64,000 bases of DNA, from the NCBI GenBank assembly GCA_017499595.2, contig CM039000.1, positions 3,038,001-3,102,000 of the forward strand. Reading direction: 5' to 3'. The notes beneath the pieces are model-generated. The model was given only the letters and a program-made list of their open reading frames with translations. It had not been told where the DNA came from and searched no databases. Below, piece after piece: positions 13,403 through 29,099 of this stretch. Positions within the stretch are counted from its first letter, which is position 1. Every line of letters starts with the position of its first letter. The position numbers were made by a program, and so were the translations under genes. Source of the stretch: Psilocybe cubensis. Its lineage: Eukaryota.

Positions 13403-14891
13403 TCAATGTGCACCTGCCATGCCCACCCCGGGATCTGCATTACCATCTCCTGACCATCCAATGAGCTCGCGCATTCTGCGCACGTCTACTACTCCTCTAA
13501 CATTATTGCGCGAGTCCAATGAAGCACAGATCGCGTCTGCAACGTGATCGACATGGATGGGGGGGATAGAGAGGGCATTCGCAACGGAGTCCAATGCGGA
13601 TGTTGTTTGTCCATCCCCCGCAGTCGTCGATGAGGCACCGAGCGATCGGAGCACGCTGGAGGGTGTGGGGATGCTTCGAGGTACCTTGCTATGAATAGTA
13701 GCTGAAAGGTCCAGCAGGGCAGCCACAGGCGTCGTCAGAGGTCGAATATGAGCGTGGTACACCAAGCCTTGAGGTGGTAATTGGGATCATGAATCAACAA
13801 ATGCGTCACGAAGGGAAGTCAATAATAATTGTGAGAACGACGTGGAAATTTGAAAGAGAAGCCTTTTGCGTACTGGGTCGTATATACACGCCGCGATAGT
13901 TCGCGTGGCCACTCATCATCTGCTCGATCCCTTTTTCGGCCTCCCGTTTGCTTTCGATGTATCTAGCTGGAATCACGGGCCTGAAAATGTCCTCCGCAGA
14001 GACGTATATGAATGGTCTAGGTGCATTGGGATCACTGGTCCCGGCTGGGGAAGACAAGAACGCCTCGCACACGCGTAAAGCTAAAGATATCCATGTGAAC
14101 CCCCAAGTCAAAGACCACCGCAAATACAACAAAAAATTTCATTAGCCCAACAAGCTCCACAGAAATAAAACAAAAGAGAAACTTCTCGTAAAGGTATAAA
14201 GAAAACACACACACCAGAATCGCGATTCAGCGCATCGTATCCTGTCAGATTGCCGCTGTCTGATCTTTTCTCTAGAGGATTGCCGCTATCGAAAAACCTC
14301 TTGGTGAGGCTGCCAAACAGAGCGGCGACGTTTCCATCCTGGACGGCACGTTTATAAGAACTATCCTCGATGAGCGTTCCGAGCGTGTGCACTACGCCGT
14401 CCACATTGGGAAGAAGATGCGCGAAGGTCTGGGGTTGCAGTGCGTCCCCGCGTTGCCAGTCTACCTGTATTAAAATGACGAAACGTGGCGTGAGTTTTGC
14501 TGGTCAAAAGCGGTTTAGTGGGGGAGGAAGGCGCAACACATTGGATGTCCACGCTGGTGCGTGTCCTTTGGCAGAACGATAAGGCCTTCCAGATGAGCTA
14601 GGCGTATGAAAAAATAGAAGAAGCGAAGAAAAATCCAAAGGGAAAAAAGAAATGGCGTTAGCTAACTACCAACCCAAAGGCCGCAACAGCCCTTCCTGAC
14701 AAGCTCGAGACATTACCTGACACTTGTCACCTGGATTCCGCGTGCTAATGCGGCTTTGCAAACTGCAGAACCTGTAGTGGGAGAACGCTCATGAGCCTAA
14801 CGAGAATGGATGAAAGAGCTTCGTTCTAAGCGTGCGGACCTATGAACCCATTTCCACCGACCACGAGTATCTTGCGCACTGTCGAATTCAT
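13403..14891 (-). CDS. NAD(P)-binding Rossmann-fold protein (atypical SDR, Coq11/NDUFA9-like)
   Basis: MNSTVRKILVVGGNGFIGSAVCK, VVHTLGTL, FIYVSA, YIESKREAE, PPIHVDHVA. Confidence 0.8.
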
Positions 14892-15680
14892 AGTTTGCGT
14901 TTCTAGTAGATCGGCATCGATTTGCGTTTTGTAGCAAGGAGCAGATGGTTGAAGTACGAGTTCAAGTGACAAGATCAATGTGGGCGAATAATTTCCTGCA
15001 ACGGTGCGGCTTCAATACGGTTGCGTGCAGTGACCTCATCACTTGTATCCCCAAAGGGCTTTCCTCCGGATGCATTTCAAAACAGCCGCAGCAACTTCAA
15101 CAAAAGTGTTTGCACACAAGTTTTTGTTACAACCTCGAAATCATCGAGTATACATATAAATATATCCGGTTTCAGTTTCTCTAATCCTATTGTACAATGA
15201 TGAATGCCGTTTGCAATTGCCTTCGTCTAGCGATGTATGTAAATACCATACGGGAATATGAGTTGTATGTAACGCCAAACCGATTCTATCGGTTGTGAGG
15301 AGATGGAATGGAGAGGATAAAAAAATAAAACAATGCAAGAAACCCTGGGAAAACATGCAATAAAACCGATAAAAAGCCAGCGATAAAAACATCAAGTTAT
15401 GGATAAGACAGCGAGAATAAGATGGTTAAAGGCAACGGGCCAATGAAAGGTTATGGTAGGAGGCTGAACGCCAACCAGGGTCGTGGGTCTCGTAAGGTCA
15501 TAAACTTTCGTGCCGTTGATTTGCTCTGCAGAGTGAAAGGGTGTTTCGGCGAGACTAGCCAGCCATAAAATGAACGAGGCACATCAATGCGCCACGGTGA
15601 AATGGAAAAAATAGCAAATGAAATCAATGCGAGGTGTGGGTTGTCAGGTTTGACGTTCATAAGCGTGAGTGAGAAATGAT

Positions 15681-16819
15681 CTATAGGAATTGCCAGGTGA
15701 CTAGAAGGTAGATTACAACGTAAGATTAAGATGCATGAGAAAGTTTCGAGATGCTTACTAGGGACCTCGCCTTGCTCGAGGGTGGCAATTTGTTGGAAGG
15801 CAGCCACTGACAGGTCAATGGAGTTGCTGTTGATGCAGGTCGGGCAATCATCAGCAATAGTAACGGTGACAGTCTGATGGTCGGAAAAATATCAGATTTA
15901 GCCTTTGGGGAATTGAAAACGAATAGCGAACCTTCTGGTTTTTGGTGTTTGTGATCTTGACCTGTTTACCACAGAGACTGGACTTGGCACCACTGTTGCC
16001 ATAACGGGCTTGATCTAAAAAAACATCGGACATGAGCGTCTGTCTATTCCGAATGATTAGATAGACTGACCGATGGCAGCAATCATGGCGCTGTCTGGGT
16101 GAACAGTGCCGCAAGCACCGGCAACGCCATTCTGGTAGAAGAAAGTGGCACTGTACATTGATTTAGTATGGGAAAAGAAGCATGCAAGTTGTACTATAGC
16201 AACTTACACTCCGCCGGTGTTGACAGAAGAAGAGGCAGCGTTTGTCGAAGGGGTCGCAGCGGGCTTAGCGGCAGGTTTGGCAGAAGTAGTGACCTTGGGG
16301 GCGGGAGGTGGGGTGGTAGCGGCAGCGTGTGTGGTCACTGGAGCGGGAGCAGCAGCATGTGATGTCGCTGGGGCAACTACTTTTGCCGGGGAGGAGTGGG
16401 AATCGTTATCGTCATCGTCATCGTCATCGCAGAAAGGGAGGTCGTCGTCGTCGTCAGCGGCGGGATTGCACTGAGCTGGGCGGTCTTTGGTGAGGGACTG
16501 AGTTGCCTGTTATAAATAGACAATATAAACCAACAATCCATTAATAGAGAAAAAAACAAACGAACCAGGAGAGGGTGGCAACACTGATCAAAGAAGGCGG
16601 TATTGTGCTTTGTCTCGCAAGAGAGAGCCATGTACCTGGTGTGGTAGGTGTCATAGGGCTAGGAGGGTGTTCAGTAACGAAGAAGCAAAAGGAAAGAAAA
16701 CAACGGACCTCCAAGAGAGGAGTGTCCCAGCCGGCAGGGGGAGTAGCGCGGGGGACAGCGAGGGAAGAGGCGGAGAGGGCGAAGGAGAGGGCGACGGTGA
16801 AGGCAGCAAAGTATTGCAT
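15681..16819 (-). CDS. Secreted RlpA-like double-psi beta-barrel (loosenin/expansin-like) protein
   Basis: Signal peptide MQYFAAFTVALSFALSASSLAVP, Cys-rich N-domain, acidic and T/P/A-rich linker, then ATFFYQNGVAGACG...IAAID...ADDCPTCINSNSIDLSVAAF. Confidence 0.8.
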
Positions 16820-17232
16820 GACGAGAGAAGGTTGGTGGGCGGTTAGGGAATGTAAGTTGTGAAAGAAAGGCGGGGTTATAAAGGAAAGCTGGAAAGAAGA
16901 GATTAATTGCAAGATATGAAAAGAAGGAAATCAAAAACACGAGGACGCACATTTGAGAAGGCAAGGAAACGGCGAGGAGAAGGGAGAAAAGAAACAAGGA
17001 ACAATGTCAACCAAAACTCTAATCATCTTATATGGCGATATAAATAGATCCGGCACCAACTATCGGCGTAAGCAACGCCGCTTCCCCTCCAACTCCCTAC
17101 ATCCGAGGGGGCCATTACTATCACCAAATATGGCTTTCTCTTCGGCACTCTCCGTAGGTGGCGGTGCACTCCCCCTTCCGTCGTGCGCGGTCCAGTCTCC
17201 TCCCATTCACGACAACACATCAACGACCCAGC

Positions 17233-18591
17233 ATGAGTACGCTCTATCAGTTCTTCTTTCTTTATTTTGCTCATTCTTTTCTCTCCAGATTATACGCAGA
17301 ATCCCTTTGCGTCAACGCATTCTCTCGATACCAATCCCTTTGACGATCCTCCGCAGCAGTCCGCGTCTGCTGCAAATGCCGCCCGTCTCGAGGAAATACG
17401 CCGTCGCGAGCAGGATCTCGAACGTCGCGAAGCAGAGCTCAATAACAAGGCAGAGCACATTCGCCGTCATGGCAGAAACAACTTTCCTCCATGTTAGTCC
17501 ATTCGCGTCCGCGTTCATATCAATGTTTATACCACCCATCTAGTCTTCCCTCTCATTTATCATGCCATAAACGAAGAAATTCCAGAGGCGTCAAGACCAC
17601 TTATAACCCGTCTATATCAGCTGTGGCTCGTCCTTTTTGGAACCCTCATCATAAATTTTGTTGCTTGCATTTTCATCCTTATTGGGGGTGCTTCAGGTGG
17701 TGGAAGCGACGTTGGTGCCAGTCTAGGGTCAGTCTATTCAAGCTATGCTTCAGAACGACCGTCCAACTCAACTTGACATTTGTTGCTCAGCTATTGCATA
17801 TTCATCATCCCACTCTCTTTCCTCCTCTGGTATCGGTCAGTTCTTTTCTCCCATCCTTCTCTGTCCATCGTGCTTTCCGAATCTCATCAACCGCCCCCTG
17901 CAGTCCCATATACAACGGTTACATGAAGGTGAAACCATCTTTCTATCTATTCCATCTCAGTCCCTCACTCCCCCATAACACAGGAGCAAGCATTATACTA
18001 CTGTAAGATGGCCGGATTTGCCCCGCATCTCCCTCTAATCCGCATCTGAATCTAGACTTCTACTTCTTCTTTGGCGGATTCCACCTTCTCTTCAGTCTCT
18101 ATATGTAAGCACGTCATCACTCACCCCTCCTCCTGACGAGCCCTCATTTTCGCCACTTAGGATCATTGGTATTCCAGGGTAGGCACCCAACATCAAATTC
18201 CGAGGCAGAAGGCTCCATACTCATGTTTACTGCTATAGCACCGGATCCGCTGGGCTGATTCAGACCATCCGGATGTTCTCAAATCACTCATGGGCCGCAG
18301 CTGTCCTCGGCCTCGTAGCTACCGTAGGCTGGACGATCCAAGGAGCAGGCAATGCATGGTACTATCGTGAGGTTCGTCATCACCGGGCCCTTGAACACCC
18401 ATGCCCATATAAACTGACGGGCCCCTACCAGATATATATGCATCATACAGCCGCGGGACACACTATGGAAAAGGTCGGATTCAATTTTCTCCCGCTGACT
18501 ATCATTGAAGAGAAACTAAACTGCACGATGTCATTAGGCTAAGACTGAACTGGCAAGCCACGGCGCCAAGGCGTACTTCACGAGAGGCTAA
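17233..18591 (+). CDS. Secretory carrier membrane protein (SCAMP)
   Basis: Two N-terminal NPF motifs, coiled coil EEIRRREQDLERREAEL, NNFPP, FLLWYRPIY E-peptide and hydrophobic segments; many small exons. Confidence 0.85.
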
Positions 18592-19079
18592 AAAGGAGAG
18601 GGCGATGGTACTTGTACGGGGACGTTAGCTAATTTTTGTATTCTGTGTACCTGTAGTCTACAAACAGCAGACGACACAATGGCTCATTGAACAGCAGGCC
18701 CGAGCACAAAGCGGCGACAATAAGTAGTGGCTGTGTCAGGGTGAACAGTGCGCAGCGGAGTTTGAAAGTGTATGATCAAAAATGAGCGGAGGACTTGTTC
18801 TGTTTCTCTCCAACCACCACCCGTCTGTAAAGGTCAGTCCGTCCAGCCATGCCACCGGCGCATCCCCTGCAGCTCATCGTCCTCTTCAGTTGGAAAAAGC
18901 CGTTTAAAAAAACATATAAAAAAACTTTTATATACACATAAGCGGTTGCGTTATACCTTCTGTGTTCGTTTTTTTCTTTTCGCTGGCCGTATTGGACCCA
19001 TGTGCTTATCCCCCCTACCTGCAGAAAAAACTCTACAAAGCAGTAACGACCCATCAAACTCCATAAAAGTCAATCAACC

Positions 19080-21419
<2,340 letters not shown>

Positions 21420-21979
21420 ATGGATGTATGCGATTTGGAATCAGTATGGTTGGAAATATGCTCTTAGGGTTTTGTCAGGAAACCCGTCCTCTCCTTATGA
21501 AGATATGATTGTATATGATGAAAAAGGCGCTTGTTATATTTTCCTTTGCTTCGTCGTCGGCGCGTTTGTGGTTGTTGATTCACCCATCTGACCTGTTCTG
21601 ATGCCTTTTTACCATTGTTTGTAGTCTTTACTGATTACTATGATGCTGAGGAGGGTTGGGGTTTGGGTGTCGGGGGGTCCGTTCCCTGCGTACTAGTACT
21701 TTTTGTATGTAGGATTCAAAAACAGAGGTGTTTCAACTGCGACATGCTTTGGACTCGTGAATGTGTATAGGAAAACATGCCTGTTTGGGTTTGTTCCATC
21801 TAGTCTGAGTGCTATATACATGGGATTTTCATGGTGGGGGTACATCGAGTAGACTAATAAATACATACGTCGTGGTAATGGTATGGACGAGGGGGGGGAG
21901 AGCTACTGTTTGAGGCCTTAAGCTGAGAAAGAAAGAGAGAGAGAAATTGTCTGGGTATATGTATTCATTATTTCATTCA

Positions 21980-23453
21980 TCAGTAACATTTCGAGGCGTA
22001 AGCAATATGAATGAGGGTCGAAGGACGATAGGACGGGTGATACAGATCGTGCTGCGCGTCACGAATGAGCCGGTCAACGGTCGACGGTGGGAGGCCGCTG
22101 CAGAGGAAAAAGGGTCGCAGAGCAGGCAGGAACAATTCATAATCCATCCATTGAAGCTGACCTACAGATAGAAGATGCGGATCTATAAAGGTTTTAGTGT
22201 GAGTAAAATACGTTAATATTGTTGGTTGTATTACAAGTGGAGCGAAGAAGGGTGTGTTGCAAAAATAAAATCGGAGGTCGTGTGTGTGTCGCGTGGATTT
22301 AAACGGGGCCCGGGGAGGGTGGTAATAAGAAGAGAAGAAGCGGTTTGGAAACCACGTACCTTGAGGCCAGAAACCGACGGGGATATTTCCGTCTCGGATG
22401 ATGATGTTCTCGAAGGCTGCCGTAGCTGCTAGGAGATCTGCAAGCCTTTCAGGGACGGTGACGTCGATGAGCTGCCGGCTGAGGCACGCCCGGTAGGTTT
22501 TCCAGAGAGTGGACCAGCCTGGCATGGGTGGAAGGGACGGCGGCGGAGGAGAAGGGTCCAGTGTGGGTTCTACCAAGAGAACGAGGCCGCCGGGGCGGAG
22601 AAGACGCGCAATTTCATGCAGAAAACGGGGGTAATTGTGGATCTGTTTATGTGGTTGGTGAGAAATCAATTAGGACGGGAAGCGAGTAGGGTAAAGAGAA
22701 AAGGCACGTACGCCTATGTGTATAGACCGGGCATGGATGAAGTCAAAGTGGGCGTCGGGATAGGGAATGCTCCACTGGTCGATGTCGCATATCTCGAATC
22801 TACGCGTTAAAGTCAGAATGAGAACAGAATATTGAGGAGGAGGAAAGGGTGTAGATGAAAAAATTGGGAGACTTGCGTGCAGTTGGGAGGAACGACTCTG
22901 CGGAGGAGGCGATGCGTTTGAGCATGGCGACGGAACGTTATTCGGCAGCGCGACACACCTTGGCTGGATGGGCGCGAGGTCGACGGCGATGACCTCTGCT
23001 CTGGGGAACTCGTCTGCGATGTCGATTGCCCTGCGTCGATGGTAGTGTGAGCAGGCAGAGATTAATTTCAAGTCAAATCGCAGACCATGTGCCTGAACCA
23101 GTACCAAGATCGAGGACTGAGAGAAGAAAATAAGAAACGACGAGCAGAGGCGAGAAAGCAGAAGCATGCCTCGTCGCTGTTCGCCAAATTGAAGAGCCTC
23201 CTTGACGGGGCCTACATAGTTTCTGCCAGAGAAAACAAACTGAAGCAAACGGTGGTGTATATCGGAACGCTGTTAAATGAAATTGTAAATGAAGACATAT
23301 GGCCTTGGCAATGGAGAGACGCGATACCTGGATCTCGTCGTGATCGACGGGGAGGAGGTAGGAGTGGTTGAGATTGTTGAGGGTGCGGGCGTGAAGGGTG
23401 CGGAAGAACTGTTGCTCGTCGTCGCCCACGGCTTGCAAGACGAATTCAGGCAT
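21980..23453 (-). CDS. SAM-dependent methyltransferase, LaeA-like family
   Basis: [76 protein letters not shown]; two introns need GC donors. Confidence 0.85.
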
Positions 23454-24148
23454 GGGGTCTCTGGCCAAACTCGGTCGCTTTCCGTCTATTTTATTTTCTC
23501 ACTTTTACCTGACACCGCGAATGATGTTTTCTTCTTCGCTCGCAGTATGGTCCGCCATCGCCGCTGCCCTGCTCGCCCTCCAGGCCCTCCTCCTCGCTGC
23601 CGTCCCCCGTCTCCTCCTCTTCCTCTCCGCCTCTGACGCCCACGCCCTCACACCCCTCGAACGCTTCTTGGCTCATCACTTTGCCATATTCCTAGCAGTC
23701 CTTGCCCTCGCTTTGCTGCTCAATGTACCGTTTCTTTTTGACGTTTTAGGAAACCGAACAGGGTCCTCATTTGGTTTTGCAGATCCCGTCGCCACCATCT
23801 CCAGTTCCCCCATCTGCTGAAACTGCATCCACTCACCCGCTGTTGTATCCTCTCGCTATCGGTTCCACATTGTCGGCGTTTATTGCCTGGAACAGCGATG
23901 ACGTCGGCACCCTCGCCTCTATCTTCTTTTTCTTTTCCTTGACAATTAGTCTCTGGGGATTATGGGAGGTGTGTCCAACACTCGGTTAATTAAAGATTGT
24001 TAGCTCTCAAACACTTCACACCCAGATCATCTTCGCCAACTCTGCATCCTTTTCCAAAACGACTGGTGCCGACAAGCACACTTCGTCTTTCATTTTTGGT
24101 AACAAGGCCGCTGCTTCATCCGTGAAAAAGAATATGAAAACAAAATAG
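23452..24148 (+). CDS. Small multi-pass membrane protein of unknown function (alternative start 23521)
   Basis: Four hydrophobic segments across exons (VWSAIAAALLALQALLLAAVP; FAIFLAVLALALLLN; LLYPLAIGSTLSAFIAW; IFFFFSLTISLWGLW); C-terminus ...TGADKHTSSFIFGNKAAASSVKKNMKTK*. Confidence 0.7.
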
Positions 24149-24178
24149 TATATGAGATGTGACATATTATTGTATATT

Positions 24179-26350
<2,172 letters not shown>

Positions 26351-26501
26351 GGTCGAGTGCTAGCAACTTGTAAGCTGATGTGGTCACTGCGTTATCCAAA
26401 GTTATAGTATATTTGCCTTTTCGGGAACCCCATCCCTGGCACGGGATCAAGCATACTTAACGTTTAAAATACCGCCGTTAGCCTTCATAATTAAAACGAC
26501 A

Positions 26502-28923
26502 ATGATCGAACCTGAACTATACGACTCTGAGGAGGAGGAAACCCTTGATGGTCTGTATGATGGTGAAGACGACGCGGATGCCGAGGCAGACGATGACGAC
26601 AACGAAAACGAAAACGAACATGACCAGGGAGATCACTTGTTGGACAATATAGGGCACCCGGACGCGGCAGATGATGCGACTGAGGACGGCGACGATGTGT
26701 GTGTACCCTCCCTGCTACCCCAATGAATATTTACAATAACTAGTTATCTAGGACTCTGGCTCTGATGATTCTGAAGAAGACGATGAGGAAGAGGATGAGG
26801 ACGAAGAAGAGGAAGACGAGGAGCCGTCTTTGGATCTCGGTCTCGTTGAGGAGGGCGTACCTCCTGGTAGCAGCGAGCTAGGCTCGAATCACAGCATGGA
26901 TAGCAGGTCCCCGTCAGCACTACCTGCGCCAGGTACATCCTTCCTGCGTCTTATTGAACGTTTCATTAATATCATCTTCTCCAAGCCCCTTCCCCTCCTC
27001 GCAAACGTTCTTTTTCACCGGCCCATCTGCGAAGAAACGGTCTCGCGTTCTCTTTTGACCGACTGCCACGCTCCTACACTGTTGAAGCCATCTGTGCCAT
27101 TCCTCACCCTGTACCTACTCATGCATTGGCTGGTTCTGCATGCTTCTCCCACCTTCTGACCGGCTCTGACGACGGGTATATTAGAGACTACGATATTTTC
27201 TCAGCCGTCAATGGCAAGAACTTTCTAACAGCTCCTCAGAGGCACCATGCCAATGTGGTGGAAGGGCTGATGAAATCGGGTCAATTGCGGTTCTGGTGGG
27301 AGAACACTGCAAATCCTGAAGCCAAACCTCCTGGCATTTTGTCTATTGAAGAAGAGGCAACTACAGCCCCTGTTTACAGCCTTGCTATGCAATCCGATGC
27401 ACTTTGGGCATTAGCTGGCACAGATGTAAGTAATTTAACACTCGTTTTGCCTCTCATTTACATACCTTGCAACTAGGCAGGTTACATCAACCTTTTCACT
27501 GTTCGACATCAACCTGGTCAGTTACAACATGTGTTACCCGGACATCGTGGGCCTGTCTCTGCTCTTGCTTTGGATTATGACGAGAAGAGTGTGTTTAGCG
27601 CTGGTTGGGATGGAGAGGCCATTGTACGTATTTCCAAATTGCGCATGCATTCTACAAAAATAACTTTCGAGCCCTTTAGCAATGGGATTTGAATACAGGA
27701 CAAAATGCTAGAACCTTCACAGCACATAATTCACAGTTAAGCGGTATTGCGTTACGACCTGCGAGCTCAGGTTATGTCCAAACAGGACCTGCTATATATA
27801 CCCAATCAAACCACCCGTCAGGACCAGAGACTGAAACCCAAAAAAGCTCTGATGCTATGAATGTCGATCCTCCGAATGGTACAGAAGAAGAGAAGGCTGT
27901 ACCGCCTACAGCTCAATCCGGAGAACCCACACAAACTATGACCGCAGATTCGGATGCACGCTCCGATGCGTCTTTTGACCCATTATTTGACGATGTACCA
28001 GAAGAAGAAGAAGCAAAACCTGCATTGCCTATGGAATCCATGCTTGCTATTCCAAGCGGTTGGGAACCTGTTGCACAGCCAGCACAACAACCATCGCAGC
28101 CCGCACGTCCCCCACCCACCGTGATTCCACCCCCGAAAGGCGCTCCTCCTCTTTTTGACCCTGTTGAATATTCGACGTATTCCCCGGATCTACTGATGAC
28201 CGCTTTCATCGATGGGCAGATACTCCTGTGGGACCGCAGAGTGCATACCAACGGCCGAGGCGTAGGAAGGTTATGGATGAGCGAAAAAACGCCGCCATGG
28301 TGTCTGTCTGTCTGTCTACCTGATTTTTTTTTGAAGTAATTCACTTATTCACTCCAATTTTCTCTGTTTATCCAGGCTTGCTGGTCTGCCGATGGTGCCC
28401 AGATCTTTGCCGGGAGGCGAAATGGCACGGTTGATGTATGGGATGTGCGAGTGCTCGGACAGAGTGGACCAACCAACACTCCTAGATTACTCAAGACGCT
28501 TCGTAATCCTGCGAGTTCAGGAGTAGTTTCTTGCGTCGTCGCTTTTCCAGATTGCCGGCATATGGCATGGTAAAACTCTTTTTCTTTTCAAGTCTATTCG
28601 ATGTATTTATTGACTAATGGTGTCTCCTAGCGCATCTGTTGACAATATACGTCTTTGGAACGTCACTGACAGCGGGGAAGATGCCTGGGGCAAACCGAAG
28701 AGCGGTGTGCCATTCAAAATCATACCAGGCCATCATGGAGGGTACATATCACAAATGAGTGCGTGCTTCAATGCAGTTGAACGCGTATTGCGTCGAACTG
28801 AAATTTCTTCGTACAGTTATCGATCCCGGTGCCCGTTTCATGGTTAGCGCCAGCAGCAACCGTGGATGGTATGGGGATTCTACAAGGACAGTGTTCGTGC
28901 ATGATATTAAACGCGTGGATTAG
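26502..28923 (+). CDS. SPT8: SAGA complex WD40 subunit Spt8
   Basis: Acidic N-terminus, LLTGSDDGYIRDYD, VYSLAMQSDALW, TPPWCLSACWS, GRRNGTVDVWD, PFKIIPGHHGG, SASSNRGW. Confidence 0.88.
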
Positions 28924-29099
28924 TTTGCTTCAGATTCTTCTTTTCTTCTAGGCAAATGATTGGCATATTGATTCTTCTCTTCATACCTTCCACATATTTA
29001 CTCATTACAATGACGATGCTATATCAGTGTATATTATTCGCGCTGAAAACAATAATAGTGTACAAGGGTGATAAATCCATAACTTATGCAAAAAACTGA

